Positions 42,465-53,556 of a DNA stretch of 64,000 nucleotides are shown in pieces. The notes beneath the pieces were generated by a model, which did not search any database, was not told the DNA's origin, and was given only the letters and a program-made list of their open reading frames with translations. Each line of letters opens with the position of its first letter. Position 1 is the stretch's first letter. Source of the DNA: Oscillospiraceae bacterium (GTDB lineage Bacteria; Bacillota; Clostridia; Oscillospirales; CAG-272); NCBI GenBank assembly GCA_015064965.1, contig SVRG01000002.1, positions 7,983-71,982 on the forward strand. The letters are read 5' to 3'. The translations under genes were made by a program, and so were the position numbers.

Positions 42465-43737
42465 GATTCTAAAATACGGCGAGGTTGCTACAGAAGATAT
42501 TTTTGCAAGAGCCGTGCCGGAAGTTGACGTTGCAGGCGTAGTTTCGGACATTATCACAAATGTGAGAAACCGCGGCGATGAAGCACTTTTTGAATACTGC
42601 AAAAAGTTTGATGGGGCCTCGCTTGACACGCTTTTGGTCAGCGAAGCCGAAATCAACGAAGCTTTTGACGCAGTTGAACCAAGATTTATAGACGTACTTA
42701 AAAAAGCGGCGGCAAATATCCGCAAGTTTCACGAAAAGCAGCTACGCAACAGTTTTATAATCAATGACGAAAGCGGTATAGTTGTAGGTCAAAAGGTCAT
42801 CCCCGTTGACCGTGCCGGGCTCTATGTGCCGGGCGGCACCGCTGCATACCCCTCAACCGTACTCATGGACGCAATTCCGGCAAAAATCGCAGGAGTCCGC
42901 GAGGTTGTAATGGTTACGCCCCCTTCGCGTGATGGCAAAGTTAACCCCGTTATCCTCGCCGCGGCAAAAATCGCAGGAATTGACCGTATTTTCAAAGTAG
43001 GCGGCGCACAGGCAGTTGCCGCACTCGCATACGGCACAGAAAGCGTACCCAAGGTTGACAAAATCGTGGGGCCCGGAAACGCATATGTTGCCGAGGCAAA
43101 AAAACAGGTTTACGGTATTGTATCAATTGACATGATCGCAGGCCCAAGCGAAATTCTGATCGTTGCAGACGGCAAGACAGATCCGCGCCATGCTGCGGCT
43201 GACCTGCTTTCACAGGCAGAGCATGATAAAATGGCAAGTGCTGTGCTTGTAACCGACTCCTATGAGTTTGCAAAAGCGGTTCAAGCCGAGCTTGAGGTGC
43301 AGATCCCCGAACTGCTACGCGCAGAAATTGCACGGGTTTCAATTGACAACTGCTCAAAAATCATTGTTGCAGACACATTGGACAAAGCAATTGAGATAGC
43401 TAATGAAATTGCACCTGAACATCTTGAACTGCTTGTGGACAATCCGTTTGACTACCTCGACTCGATTCGCCATGCAGGTTCGATTTTCATGGGCAGAAAC
43501 TGCCCTGAGGCACTCGGCGACTACTTTGCAGGGCCAAATCACACCCTACCCACAAGCGGCACAGCAAAGTTTTCAAGCCCGCTTTCGGTTGATGACTTTG
43601 TAAAGAAAACACAGTACACCTACTACACACGCGATGCGCTCAAAAAGGTTGCTGAAGATGTTGCATTTTTTGCAACAAAAGAAGGGCTTACTGCGCACGC
43701 TAAAAGTGCGATTATCAGAACGGAGAATGAAAAATGA
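42457..43737 (+). CDS. hisD: histidinol dehydrogenase
   Basis: Start at the ATG overlapping the hisG stop. LYVPGGTAAYPSTVLM, SQAEHD and GDYFAGPNHTLPT. Confidence 0.9.
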   Translation: MIKILKYGEVATEDIFARAVPEVDVAGVVSDIITNVRNRGDEALFEYCKKFDGASLDTLLVSEAEINEAFDAVEPRFIDVLKKAAANIRKFHEKQLRNSFIINDESGIVVGQKVIPVDRAGLYVPGGTAAYPSTVLMDAIPAKIAGVREVVMVTPPSRDGKVNPVILAAAKIAGIDRIFKVGGAQAVAALAYGTESVPKVDKIVGPGNAYVAEAKKQVYGIVSIDMIAGPSEILIVADGKTDPRHAAADLLSQAEHDKMASAVLVTDSYEFAKAVQAELEVQIPELLRAEIARVSIDNCSKIIVADTLDKAIEIANEIAPEHLELLVDNPFDYLDSIRHAGSIFMGRNCPEALGDYFAGPNHTLPTSGTAKFSSPLSVDDFVKKTQYTYYTRDALKKVAEDVAFFATKEGLTAHAKSAIIRTENEK

Positions 43738-44798
43738 GTCGCTTTTTCAGCGAAAAATATAAAAATCTGACACCGTATACACCGGGCGAACAGCCGCGCG
43801 ATATGAAATATATCAAGCTGAATACAAACGAGTCGCCCTATCTGCCAAGTGAAGACGCAATTGAAATGGCGGCACAGGCAGCAAGGAGCTTACAGCTTTA
43901 TCCTGACCCGGAATGTCACGAGCTTCATGAAAAACTTGCATCGCTTTACAAAGTTGACAAATCAATGGTGCTTGCCGGCAACGGATCTGATGAAATTTTA
44001 AACTTTGCATTTATGGCATTTTGCGACAAGGAACACCCCGCACGCTTCCCCGATATCACATACGGTTTTTACACAGTTTTTGCAGAAATCAACGGTATCC
44101 CATATTCCGAACTTCCGCTAAACGAGGATTTTACAATAAACATCTCCGACTATACTAATAAAAACGAAACTGTGTTTATCGCAAACCCCAATGCTCCCAC
44201 AGGCATTGCTCTATCACTTGAAGAAATTGAACTGATTGTCAAAAGCAATCCCGATGCCGTAGTGGTAATCGACGAAGCATATGTCGATTTCGGCGCGGAA
44301 AGTGCAGTTCCGCTCACTAAAAAATATGACAATTTGCTTGTGGTGCAAACTTTTTCAAAATCGCGTTCAATGGCAGGTGCACGCCTTGGAGTTGCTGTTG
44401 GAAACGCTGCTCTGATTGCGGATCTAAATACAATCAAGTATTCGACAAACCCATATAACATCAACCGCATGACAATGGCGGCAGGAATAGGAACTCTCTG
44501 TGATGAGGAATATACCCAAAAGAACTGCGCCTCCATCATTGAAAATCGCGAGTACGCAACGGAGCGTATGAAAAAAATGGGCTTTGAAATGACTCCTTCG
44601 CTTGCCAATTTCATTTTTGCAAAGCATAAGAAAATCGGCGGTGAGGCACTTTACCAAGCACTGCGCGAAAGAGGAATTCTTGTGCGGCATTTTTCAAAAA
44701 AGCGACTTGAGGATTATAACAGAATCACCGTTGGCTCGCGTGAGCAAATGGAAATTCTGTGCGACAGATTAGAAGAGATTTTAGAGGAGAAAAAATGA
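43734..44798 (+). CDS. hisC: histidinol-phosphate aminotransferase
   Basis: 354 aa. LNTNESPY and QTFSKSRSMAGARLG (PLP lysine). Confidence 0.9.
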   Translation: MSRFFSEKYKNLTPYTPGEQPRDMKYIKLNTNESPYLPSEDAIEMAAQAARSLQLYPDPECHELHEKLASLYKVDKSMVLAGNGSDEILNFAFMAFCDKEHPARFPDITYGFYTVFAEINGIPYSELPLNEDFTINISDYTNKNETVFIANPNAPTGIALSLEEIELIVKSNPDAVVVIDEAYVDFGAESAVPLTKKYDNLLVVQTFSKSRSMAGARLGVAVGNAALIADLNTIKYSTNPYNINRMTMAAGIGTLCDEEYTQKNCASIIENREYATERMKKMGFEMTPSLANFIFAKHKKIGGEALYQALRERGILVRHFSKKRLEDYNRITVGSREQMEILCDRLEEILEEKK

Positions 44799-45382
44799 GA
44801 GAAGCAAAAATCGGCAGAGTCACTGCTGAAACAAATATATCGCTTTCGCTTTTGCTTGACGGTAAAGGCGAAAGCCGCATTGACAGCGGCAGCGGTTTTC
44901 TTGACCATATGCTGACACTTTTTGCAAAACACGGCAACTTTAATCTCGAAGTGGTTTGCAAGGGCGACACACATGTTGACTATCACCACACCGCTGAAGA
45001 TATCGGCATTGTGCTGGGACAGGCTTTTTTAAAGGCTCTCGGCGACAAAAAAGGCATTGTGCGCTACGGCAGCATGATGCTTCCCATGGATGAAACGCTG
45101 ATTCTTTCAGCTGTTGACCTCTCCGGCAGAAGCGGTCTGTATTTTGATTGCGAAATTCCTGCATACAAAGTAGGCAACTTTGACACAGAGCTTTGCGAGG
45201 AATTTTTTGCAGCGTTTGTCCGCACTGCCGCATGCACGCTCCATATCCGCAAAATTGCAGGCAAAAACTCACACCATATCATAGAAGGTGTATTCAAGAG
45301 CGTAGCTCGCAGCCTGCGTGCAGCAGTTGCAATAGACAAAGACAACGCAGATTCCATCCCCTCTACAAAAGGAGCTCTTTAA
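44795..45382 (+). CDS. hisB: imidazoleglycerol-phosphate dehydratase
   Basis: Start MREAKIGRVTAETNI at the ATGA overlap with hisC. GFLDHML, HHTAEDIGI and HHIIEGVFKS. Confidence 0.9.
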   Translation: MREAKIGRVTAETNISLSLLLDGKGESRIDSGSGFLDHMLTLFAKHGNFNLEVVCKGDTHVDYHHTAEDIGIVLGQAFLKALGDKKGIVRYGSMMLPMDETLILSAVDLSGRSGLYFDCEIPAYKVGNFDTELCEEFFAAFVRTAACTLHIRKIAGKNSHHIIEGVFKSVARSLRAAVAIDKDNADSIPSTKGAL

Positions 45383-45993
45383 TGATTGCAATTATCGACT
45401 ACGGCGTTGGAAACCTGTTCTCGCTTAAATCTTCTTTTGAAGAAATCGGCGTTGAAACGGTAATAACTGCCGATACTGATGTGATAAAATCCGCAGACAA
45501 AATTTTGCTCCCCGGCGTCGGCGCTTTTGGAGATGCGGCGAAAAAGTTAAAAGAGAGCGGGCTTGACAAGGTAATTGTAGCTGAAGCAAAAGGCGGCAAA
45601 CCGCTGCTTGGTATCTGCCTTGGCATGCAGCTTTTGTTTGAGCGCGGTTTTGAATACGGCACTCACGAGGGGCTTGGACTTATCAAAGGCGAAATTCACC
45701 CGATTTCAACCGTTATACCAAGCGAACTTAAGATCCCGCATATCGGATGGAACGCGCTGAATATAAAAGGCGAAAAAAGCCCGATTTTTAAATACATCAA
45801 CAACGGTGACTGCGTATATTTTGTTCATTCGTTTTACGCAAAAACTGCTGATGAAAACATCATTGCCACTGCGGAATACGGCGCTCAACTGACAGCTGCC
45901 GCCGGTAGCGGCAACGTATACGGTTGCCAGTTCCACCCCGAAAAAAGCGGCAAAGTGGGACTTAACATTTTAAAAGCATTCAGCGAGGTTTAA
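45382..45993 (+). CDS. hisH: imidazole glycerol phosphate synthase, glutaminase subunit
   Basis: Start MIAIIDYGVGN at the TAATG overlap. LPGVGAFG, GICLGMQ and QFHPEKS triad motifs. Confidence 0.9.
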   Translation: MIAIIDYGVGNLFSLKSSFEEIGVETVITADTDVIKSADKILLPGVGAFGDAAKKLKESGLDKVIVAEAKGGKPLLGICLGMQLLFERGFEYGTHEGLGLIKGEIHPISTVIPSELKIPHIGWNALNIKGEKSPIFKYINNGDCVYFVHSFYAKTADENIIATAEYGAQLTAAAGSGNVYGCQFHPEKSGKVGLNILKAFSEV

Positions 45994-45996
45994 CAG

Positions 45997-46710
45997 ATGT
46001 TTATTTTCCCTGCAATTGACCTTTACGGCGGCAAAGCAGTGCGCCTTTACAAGGGCGACTACGCGCAAATGACCGTCTACAGCGACACCCCGATAGATGT
46101 TGCTCGCGACTTTGAAAAAAGCGGCGCCAAGCATCTTCACATTGTTGACCTTGAAGGCGCACGTGACGGCACGACCCCGAATATTGATACCGTTTGCGCC
46201 TTAAAGAAAAACACCTCTCTCTTTTGCGAAATCGGCGGCGGAATACGCACAATGGAAATAGTGGACCGCTATATCGAAGCAGGAATCGACAGAGTTATCC
46301 TTGGTACGGCTGCGGTGACAAATCCCTCTTTTGCCAAAGAAGCAGCGGACAAATACGGTGAAAAAATCGCCGTTGGCGTTGACATAAAAGACGGCTTTGT
46401 AGCCGTTAAAGGCTGGACGGAAAAATCAAACGAAAGTGCATTTGACTTTTGCAAAAAGATGCAGAGCATTGGAATTGGCACGCTTATTTGCACCGACATC
46501 TCCAAGGACGGTGCCATGCAAGGTACAAATGTGGAACTCTACAAAACCCTGTCAAACGAACTTAATATGAAAATAGTAGCGTCGGGCGGCGTTTCATCGC
46601 TTGATGATGTAAAGGCACTCCGCGCACTTGACATTTACGGTGCAATAATAGGCAAAGCATATTACACCGGCGCGATCTCAATCGAAGAGGCGGTGAAGAT
46701 TGCTAAATGA
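45997..46710 (+). CDS. hisA: 1-(5-phosphoribosyl)-5-[(5-phosphoribosylamino)methylideneamino]imidazole-4-carboxamide isomerase
   Basis: 237 aa. IFPAIDLYGGKAVRL and VGGGIRT-like motifs. Confidence 0.9.
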   Translation: MFIFPAIDLYGGKAVRLYKGDYAQMTVYSDTPIDVARDFEKSGAKHLHIVDLEGARDGTTPNIDTVCALKKNTSLFCEIGGGIRTMEIVDRYIEAGIDRVILGTAAVTNPSFAKEAADKYGEKIAVGVDIKDGFVAVKGWTEKSNESAFDFCKKMQSIGIGTLICTDISKDGAMQGTNVELYKTLSNELNMKIVASGGVSSLDDVKALRALDIYGAIIGKAYYTGAISIEEAVKIAK

Positions 46711-47468
46711 TTACTAAAAGAATCATTCCCTGCCTCGATGTAAAAAACGGCAGAGTTGTCAAAGGTGTAAACTTTGAGGGACTTTCAGATGTTTCCTCAC
46801 CCATTGAACTTGCAAAATACTACAGCGAATGCGGCGCAGACGAGCTTGTTTTTTATGACATTACAGCCTCTGCAGAAGGCAGAGAGCTTTTTACCGATAT
46901 TTTAACCGAGACTGCACGAAAAGTGTTTATTCCGCTTACAGTTGGCGGCGGAATAAACACGCTCGATGACTTTGACCGCGTACTCAAATGCGGTGCTGAT
47001 AAAGTTAGCGTCAATTCCGGCGCTATCCGCAACCCCTCGCTTGTATACGAAGCGGCAAAACGCTACGGCAACCAATGCGTTGTCATCTCTTGCGATGTAA
47101 AGCGCGTGGACGGCGCATTTAAAGTATTTGCCAAGGGCGGCAGAGAAAACACAGGCATGGACGCACTGCAGTGGATAAAACAATGTGTTGACATGGGGGC
47201 CGGCGAGGTGGTGCTCAACTCCATCGACACTGACGGTGTGAAGAAAGGCTTTGACCTTGAAATGCTTGATGCCGTATGTAAAATTGTCAATGTTCCCGTT
47301 ATCGCTTCCGGCGGCGCAGGATGTATAAATGACTTTATTGCGCTGTTTAAAACTCTGCCAAAGGTTGACGCAGGACTTGCTGCATCGATTTTTCACTTTG
47401 GAGAGGTAAAAATCAGCGACCTCAAATCCGAAATGGCGGCACACGGCATACCCACAAGAAAGGACTAA
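46707..47468 (+). CDS. hisF: imidazole glycerol phosphate synthase, cyclase subunit
   Basis: 253 aa. RIIPCLDVKNGRVVKG, TVGGGI and VIASGGAG. Confidence 0.9.
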   Translation: MITKRIIPCLDVKNGRVVKGVNFEGLSDVSSPIELAKYYSECGADELVFYDITASAEGRELFTDILTETARKVFIPLTVGGGINTLDDFDRVLKCGADKVSVNSGAIRNPSLVYEAAKRYGNQCVVISCDVKRVDGAFKVFAKGGRENTGMDALQWIKQCVDMGAGEVVLNSIDTDGVKKGFDLEMLDAVCKIVNVPVIASGGAGCINDFIALFKTLPKVDAGLAASIFHFGEVKISDLKSEMAAHGIPTRKD

Positions 47469-47471
47469 CCA

Positions 47472-48122
47472 ATGATAAATATCGACGAACTGAAATTTGA
47501 CGAAAAAGGGCTTATCCCTGCTATAGTAAAGGATGCGGTCTCGGGCAGAGTGCTCACCCTTGCATACATGAACCGCGAGAGCCTTGAAATCTCTATTGAA
47601 AAAGGCTTGACCTGCTTTTTCAGCCGCTCACGTCAAAAGCTCTGGCTCAAAGGCGAGACAAGCGGCAACTATCAGCACATTGTTTCAATCACCGCTGACT
47701 GCGACAAGGATGCTCTCCTCGTTTCTGTCGAGCCCGACGGTCCTGCATGTCATACGGGCACATTTTCATGCTTTGAAAATCCCCTTTGGAAAAGCGAAGA
47801 GCGCCATGATTTCTCACTTGATATGCTGATGAAACTTATCGAGGGCAGAAAACTTGACAAAAAAGAAGGCTCATACACCACCTATCTTTTTGAAAAAGGA
47901 ATTGACAAAATTCTCAAAAAAGTCGGTGAAGAGTCCACCGAGGTTATAATAGCGGCAAAGGCTAACGACAAAGCAGAAACGGTTTATGAGATTGCCGATC
48001 TTGCATATCACATTATGGTGCTTATGGTTGAAGCCGGAATCTCTCTTGAGGATATTCACCGCGAGCTTGCAAGCCGCCATGTTATAGACCACAAGGTAAA
48101 GCAGGAGAAAATGACCCAATGA
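47472..48122 (+). CDS. hisI: bifunctional phosphoribosyl-AMP cyclohydrolase / phosphoribosyl-ATP pyrophosphatase
   Basis: 216 aa. N-terminal HisI ([24 protein letters not shown]) and C-terminal HisE (SYTTYLF...EESTEVIIA...ADLAYH). Confidence 0.9.
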   Translation: MINIDELKFDEKGLIPAIVKDAVSGRVLTLAYMNRESLEISIEKGLTCFFSRSRQKLWLKGETSGNYQHIVSITADCDKDALLVSVEPDGPACHTGTFSCFENPLWKSEERHDFSLDMLMKLIEGRKLDKKEGSYTTYLFEKGIDKILKKVGEESTEVIIAAKANDKAETVYEIADLAYHIMVLMVEAGISLEDIHRELASRHVIDHKVKQEKMTQ

Positions 48123-48901
48123 CACTCTTTGATATACACACGCACACAACTTACTGTGACGGCAAAAACACTCCGCGTGAAATGGTTGAAGCCGCTATTA
48201 AAAAGGGGCTGTCCTGCATAGGCTTTTCCGGTCACTGCTACACCTACTTTGATGAGCGGTATTGCATGTCAATCCCAAACATACTGAGCTATATGACCGA
48301 GATAAATCAGCTAAAAGAAGAATTCAGAGGAAAAATAGAAATACGTCTCGGTGTTGAACAAGATTATTATTCAAATTTTTCGCGCATGGGCTTTGACTAT
48401 ATTATAGGCTCCGTTCACTACTTAAAAGCAGGCGATGAGTATATCCCTATTGATGAAAGCGAAGAAATTTTGCTCGCCGCAACAAAAAAATACTTCAACG
48501 GCGATATTTATGCGCTTTGTGAAGAATACTTCCGATGCGTTAGTAACGTCGTCGGAAAGACCGATGCGGATATAATAGGGCATTTTGACCTCATAAGCAA
48601 GTTTAATGAAGGTGGAAAACTCTTTGACGAAAATCATCCGCGATATGTTGCGGCATATAAGAGTGCAATTGACCGCCTTATAGAAGAATGCCGACCTTTT
48701 GAAGTTAACACAGGCGCAATTTCGCGCGGATACAAAAAGGTTCCCTATCCGTCGCTTGAACAAATTAAGTATATCGCCTCTCTTGGAGGCACAGTGGTTT
48801 TGACGGGCGACACTCACGCGGCAGAAAACCTCTGCTATGAATTTGAAAAATGGTATGCCGAATGTGAAAAAATCGGTGTACACATAAAAACGCATTGGTA
48901 A
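48119..48901 (+). CDS. hisK: histidinol-phosphatase, PHP family
   Basis: 260 aa. [20 protein letters not shown] and IIGHFD are PHP-domain metal ligands. Last gene of the his operon. Confidence 0.8.
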   Translation: MTLFDIHTHTTYCDGKNTPREMVEAAIKKGLSCIGFSGHCYTYFDERYCMSIPNILSYMTEINQLKEEFRGKIEIRLGVEQDYYSNFSRMGFDYIIGSVHYLKAGDEYIPIDESEEILLAATKKYFNGDIYALCEEYFRCVSNVVGKTDADIIGHFDLISKFNEGGKLFDENHPRYVAAYKSAIDRLIEECRPFEVNTGAISRGYKKVPYPSLEQIKYIASLGGTVVLTGDTHAAENLCYEFEKWYAECEKIGVHIKTHW

Positions 48902-48918
48902 ACCAATGCGTTTTTTGT
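48886..48918. terminator. bidirectional terminator between the his operon and dapA
   Basis: AACGCATTGG-TAAA-CCAATGCGTT hairpin (includes the hisK stop codon) flanked by an A-run and a T-run. Confidence 0.85.
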
Positions 48919-48919
48919 T

Positions 48920-49816
48920 TTATATCAAATTCAACCTTACCATTTCGTCTTTTATCTTTACTTTCAACTCATCGGATATATCCCACATAGGAAGACGCAT
49001 TTCGCCGCTGCACAGTTCAAGCAGGCTCATTGCATATTTCAGCGGTGCAGGATTTGTCTCGGCAAACAGCAGCTCTATAAGATGTGCATAAGTATGTGCT
49101 ATCGGAAAAGCGGTTTTAAAATCGCCGTCAAGAGCCGCATGCGTCATTGCCGACACCGCTGCTGGAACAAGATTTGAAAGCACTGATATAACTCCCCTGC
49201 CGCCCACGGAAATTACCGGCAGAATCATATCATCGTTGCCACTGTAAAGCGTCAGCGAGCTTTCGCCGGCAAGGCGCGTCATCTTGGTAAGACTTGTTGC
49301 CGCCTCTTTTACTGCAACAATATTTTCAATTTTAGAAAGCTCCTTATACTGCTCAAGGCTCATATCAACACCGGTGCGCGACGGCACATTATACAGTATC
49401 ACGCTTATGCCGCCTGCGGCATCGGCAACTCGCTTATAGTGTTCAATCAGCCCTCTCCTTGTACCCTTGTTGCAATAAGGCGTGATCACAAGCAGCGCAT
49501 CCGCTCCGATACTGACCGCCTCCTTGCAAAGTGACACCGCCGTCGCAGTATCGGACGAGCCGCATCCTACAACAACCGGCACTCTCTGCGCAGCAACATC
49601 CATGGCAGTTTCGGCTAAAATCCTTCGCTCTGTGCGCGCAAGCGTTGCCGCCTCTCCAGTAGTTCCCGAAACCACAAGTGCATCAACTCCCATATTTATC
49701 TGCCAATCGCAAATACGGCGAAATGCCGAGTAATCTATTTCTCCTGCCGAAAACGGTGTTGCGAGTGCGCTTGCAACACCCTCAAACAAGGATTTTTTCA
49801 TTTTATATGTATCCAT
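48920..49816 (-). CDS. dapA: 4-hydroxy-tetrahydrodipicolinate synthase
   Basis: VVSGTTGEA, YNVPSRTG and VAVKEA (Schiff-base Lys). ATG 49816 has GGAGA upstream. Alternative starts at 49828 and 49801. Confidence 0.9.
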   Translation of the reverse strand: MDTYKMKKSLFEGVASALATPFSAGEIDYSAFRRICDWQINMGVDALVVSGTTGEAATLARTERRILAETAMDVAAQRVPVVVGCGSSDTATAVSLCKEAVSIGADALLVITPYCNKGTRRGLIEHYKRVADAAGGISVILYNVPSRTGVDMSLEQYKELSKIENIVAVKEAATSLTKMTRLAGESSLTLYSGNDDMILPVISVGGRGVISVLSNLVPAAVSAMTHAALDGDFKTAFPIAHTYAHLIELLFAETNPAPLKYAMSLLELCSGEMRLPMWDISDELKVKIKDEMVRLNLI

Positions 49817-49899
49817 AGCGTTCTCCACTTGAAATTATTAATTTTTAGTACTATAATAGTACTAATAATAAAATATGTAGAAAGACTAATTTCGGATAA

Positions 49900-50961
49900 A
49901 TGATTACAAACGAAAGAATTAAAACCGAGCTTAAAAAAAGCGACTTTTTTTACGATTTGCCCGAGGAGCTTATCGCGCAGACTCCTGCAGAAAAACGTGA
50001 CTGCTCGCGCCTGATGGTGTTAAACCGCCAAACCGGCAGTATTGAGCATAAGCATTTTTACGATATAATCGACTATTTAAACCCCAATGATGTTCTTGTT
50101 GTAAACAATTCAAAGGTAATCCCGGCGCGTATCTTCGGTACCGATGCAGAAAAAGATGACCGCGTGGTTGAGTTTTTATTGCTCCGCCGCCACGGCGACC
50201 GCGTTTGGGAAACACTTGTGCGTCCCGGTAAAAAAGCTAAAATCGGCAAAAAGTTTATCTTTGGCGACGGCGAGCTTGTCGGTGAAATAACCGATATCGT
50301 AGAAGAGGGCAACCGCCTTATTACATTTTCTCTGGGCGGCGCAGAAATCTACAGCGCGCTTGAAAAAATAGGAAATATGCCGCTTCCTCCCTACATCACC
50401 GAGAAACTTGAGGACAAAAGCCGCTATCAGACAGTGTACGCAAAAACAGAAGGCAGCGCAGCGGCTCCCACCGCGGGGCTTCATTTCACCGAGGAGTTAC
50501 TTGACAGAATAAAGCAAAAAGGTATTGCCATTGTACCGGTTATGCTTCATGTAGGACTTGGCACATTTCGCCCTGTAAAAGAGGACGATGTAAAAGACCA
50601 TGTTATGCACAGCGAATACTTTTCAATTTCAAAAGAAAGCGCTGATGAAATTAACCGCAGAAAGGCAAACGGCGGCAGGGTAATCTGCGTTGGAACCACC
50701 TCGTGCCGAGTACTCGAAAGCGTGGCAAAAGACGACGGAACTCTCTCTGAAATGGCAGATGATACCGCAATTTTTATCTATCCCGGATACAAATTCAAAG
50801 CAGTTGATGCGCTTATAACAAATTTTCATCTACCTGAAAGCACACTGCTCATGCTTGTAAGTGCACTTTACAACCGCGAAAAAATGCTTGAGGCTTACAA
50901 AACCGCAGTCGATGAAAAATACAGATTTTTCTCTTTCGGTGATGCGATGTTTATAGAATGA
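49900..50961 (+). CDS. queA: S-adenosylmethionine:tRNA ribosyltransferase-isomerase
   Basis: 353 aa. [31 protein letters not shown] and [10 protein letters not shown]. Confidence 0.9.
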   Translation: MITNERIKTELKKSDFFYDLPEELIAQTPAEKRDCSRLMVLNRQTGSIEHKHFYDIIDYLNPNDVLVVNNSKVIPARIFGTDAEKDDRVVEFLLLRRHGDRVWETLVRPGKKAKIGKKFIFGDGELVGEITDIVEEGNRLITFSLGGAEIYSALEKIGNMPLPPYITEKLEDKSRYQTVYAKTEGSAAAPTAGLHFTEELLDRIKQKGIAIVPVMLHVGLGTFRPVKEDDVKDHVMHSEYFSISKESADEINRRKANGGRVICVGTTSCRVLESVAKDDGTLSEMADDTAIFIYPGYKFKAVDALITNFHLPESTLLMLVSALYNREKMLEAYKTAVDEKYRFFSFGDAMFIE

Positions 50962-50971
50962 GGATATAATT

Positions 50972-51388
50972 ATGCAAAAAGTAATGGGCGTAGACTACGG
51001 CGATGTTCGCACGGGCATTGCGTTATCGGATACCGGACGCTTTTTGGCAAGTGGACTTGGTACCATAAAAGAAGGCGGAATGCGAGCAACCGCCAAAAAA
51101 GTTGCCGCGCTCGCAAAAGAACATGATGTTGGTATAATTGTTATCGGTTTACCCAAAAATATGGACGGAAGCGAAGGCGCAAGCGCGGATAAAATACGTG
51201 CATTTGCTGACCTTTTAAGACCAATGACCGAAGCAGAAATTGAGTTTTTAGATGAACGTGTTTCTACAATGGCGGCTCATCGGATTCTCAACATCACAGA
51301 CACCCGCGGAGAAAAGCGCAAAGCAGTAGTTGACACTCTCTCCGCAGAAATAATACTCCAGAATTACCTCGACAAAAATTCAGTTTAA
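50972..51388 (+). CDS. ruvX: YqgF/RuvX-family putative pre-16S rRNA nuclease
   Basis: 138 aa. GVDYGDVRTGIALSD, GLPKNMDGSEG and LDERVST. Confidence 0.85.
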   Translation: MQKVMGVDYGDVRTGIALSDTGRFLASGLGTIKEGGMRATAKKVAALAKEHDVGIIVIGLPKNMDGSEGASADKIRAFADLLRPMTEAEIEFLDERVSTMAAHRILNITDTRGEKRKAVVDTLSAEIILQNYLDKNSV

Positions 51389-51464
51389 ATACCGTTTTTA
51401 ATCATAAAAACATCACATTTAAATTTTATACTGTAATCAGAAATACACACGGAGGACTTGTGCA

Positions 51465-52826
51465 ATGGAAGAATATACATTCTATTCAGACAATACAACC
51501 AATGAAAACAGCGATACGCCGCTATACAATACCTTCCCCGAAGGCAACGCGCCTAAAAAGAAGCACGGCTCTGCTAAAAATGTTATCCTTACACTCAGCG
51601 CACTTCTGCTTGTAATCTGCATTTCCGTTTCAAGCGGACTCATCGGTGCATATTACATGGTAGAAAACCGTATTGCCGAGCTTGAAGACCAGTATGAAAG
51701 AATTGCTGCCATAAACACCAATGACGACCCAACCGGTACAGACGTTGTTAAAAACGAAAAGCCCGAAAGACCCAAGGTAAATATTGATACAGACAGCGAA
51801 CACTTTGACTCTATCGCAGCGGCTCAAAGTGCTTCTGCCAAAGCCGAGCAGCTTGCAAAACTTGCTAACAAGACTGCAAACGGCGGTTATGCGGCAGTTG
51901 CAGCAGCCGTAAAAGATACTGTTGTTGAAATTTCCACTGAAATGGCTGCCGGTAGCACCTATTTCCAGCAGTTTATCCAGAGTGGCGCAGGTAGCGGTGT
52001 TATCATCAGCGATGACGGCTACATCATCACAAATAACCATGTTATTGACGGTGCAACCAAAATCACCGTAAGACTTACATCGGGCGATGAATATACAGCA
52101 GAACTTATCGGCACGGATGCACAGGCCGACATAGCAGTTATAAAAATTGACGTTACCAACAAACTCACATATGCCATTATCGGCAACAGCGCAGGGCTTT
52201 TAGTCGGTGAAGAGGTGCTTGCCATCGGTAATCCCCTTGGCGAACTTGGCGGAAGTGTTACCAACGGTATCATCAGCGCACTTGACCGCGAGCTTACCAT
52301 CGACGGTCAGACAATGCGCTTGCTCCAGACCAATGCTGCCATAAATCCCGGCAACTCCGGCGGCGGTCTTTTCAACATGAAGGGCGAGCTTGTTGCAATT
52401 GTAAATGCAAAGTCTTCAGGCACCGGCATCGAAGGACTTGGCTTTGCAATTCCTATTAACTATGCATACGAAATCGCAACCGAGCTTCTTACAAACGGAT
52501 ATGTCAGTGGCAGACCCGCTCTTGGCATTTCTTACATCGAAATTTCAAACTACATGGACCTTATCCGCTACGGCGTTAACGCATACGGTATCTATGTATA
52601 TGACGGCGGCGAAACTCCCCTCCAGAACGGTGACCGCATCATAAGCTTTGGCGATTATGAAGTTTCGGACTCTGCAACCCTCAAAAATGCAATAGGACAG
52701 TTCAAGGTTGGCGACAAGGTTGAGCTTCTGGTAGCGCGCAACGGAAAGTTTACAAAGGTTTTTGTTACTCTTATTGAAAGCAAGCCCGAAGAAACATCAG
52801 CCCCCAAACTCGAAATCAACAAATAA
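51465..52826 (+). CDS. HtrA/DegP-family serine protease with PDZ domain, membrane anchored
   Basis: 453 aa with an N-terminal TM helix. Catalytic motifs TNNHVI, DIAVIK and GNSGGGLFN. C-terminal PDZ. Confidence 0.85.
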   Translation: MEEYTFYSDNTTNENSDTPLYNTFPEGNAPKKKHGSAKNVILTLSALLLVICISVSSGLIGAYYMVENRIAELEDQYERIAAINTNDDPTGTDVVKNEKPERPKVNIDTDSEHFDSIAAAQSASAKAEQLAKLANKTANGGYAAVAAAVKDTVVEISTEMAAGSTYFQQFIQSGAGSGVIISDDGYIITNNHVIDGATKITVRLTSGDEYTAELIGTDAQADIAVIKIDVTNKLTYAIIGNSAGLLVGEEVLAIGNPLGELGGSVTNGIISALDRELTIDGQTMRLLQTNAAINPGNSGGGLFNMKGELVAIVNAKSSGTGIEGLGFAIPINYAYEIATELLTNGYVSGRPALGISYIEISNYMDLIRYGVNAYGIYVYDGGETPLQNGDRIISFGDYEVSDSATLKNAIGQFKVGDKVELLVARNGKFTKVFVTLIESKPEETSAPKLEINK

Positions 52827-52878
52827 CATAAAAGCCCCGGCATAGGGGCTTTTTGTGACTGCAAGGACGGAGAAAACA

Positions 52879-53556
52879 ATGTACAAAATTTTAGTAGTAG
52901 ACGATGAAGAAAAGATCCGCGAGCTTATAGGCAAATATGCAAAATTTGAAGGTCACTCGGTGGACTTTGCCACCGACGGCATGGAGGCAGTTGAAAAATG
53001 CCGTGAAAATGCATATGACATCATAATCATGGATATTATGATGCCAAACCTTGATGGCTTTTCTGCCTGCCGCGAAATACGCAAAAAGAGCGATGTTCCG
53101 ATACTCATGCTTTCAGCACGCGGAGAGGAATATGACAAAATCAACGGCTTTGAACTCGGCGTTGATGACTATGTGGTAAAACCGTTCTCCCCAAAAGAAC
53201 TCATGCTCCGCGTAGAAGCCATTATGAAGCGTGCCCGTCAAAGCGAGACTTCATCAGATGTAGATATTTACAAAAGCCGAGGTCTTGAGGTAAACTTTAC
53301 AGCACGCCGCGTATATGTTGACGGAGTTGAGGTCAACCTTTCTCCAAAAGAATACGACCTGCTCTTCTACATGATAAAAAATAAAGATATCGCCTTAACA
53401 CGCGAGAAACTGATCAACAAAGTTTGGGGATATGACTTTTTTGGCGGCGATCGCACGCTTGATACACATATCAAGTTACTCAGAAAGAGCCTTGGCGATT
53501 ACGCATCATACATCATAACACTCCGCAGTGTAGGATACAGATACAGCGATGAATAA
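52879..53556 (+). CDS. OmpR-family response regulator
   Basis: MYKILVVDDEE, receiver Asp in IIMDIMMP, and a winged-helix C-terminus (LTREKLINKVWGYD...TLRSVGYRY). Confidence 0.9.
   Translation: MYKILVVDDEEKIRELIGKYAKFEGHSVDFATDGMEAVEKCRENAYDIIIMDIMMPNLDGFSACREIRKKSDVPILMLSARGEEYDKINGFELGVDDYVVKPFSPKELMLRVEAIMKRARQSETSSDVDIYKSRGLEVNFTARRVYVDGVEVNLSPKEYDLLFYMIKNKDIALTREKLINKVWGYDFFGGDRTLDTHIKLLRKSLGDYASYIITLRSVGYRYSDE

Noticed and set aside
45193-45381. Long N-terminal extensions of the hisH, hisD (42421) and hisB (44759) track ORFs
   Set aside because: The extensions overlap the preceding his genes in another frame. The conserved N-termini (MIAIIDYG, MIKILKYG, MREAKIGRV) start at ATGA/TAATG coupling sites.
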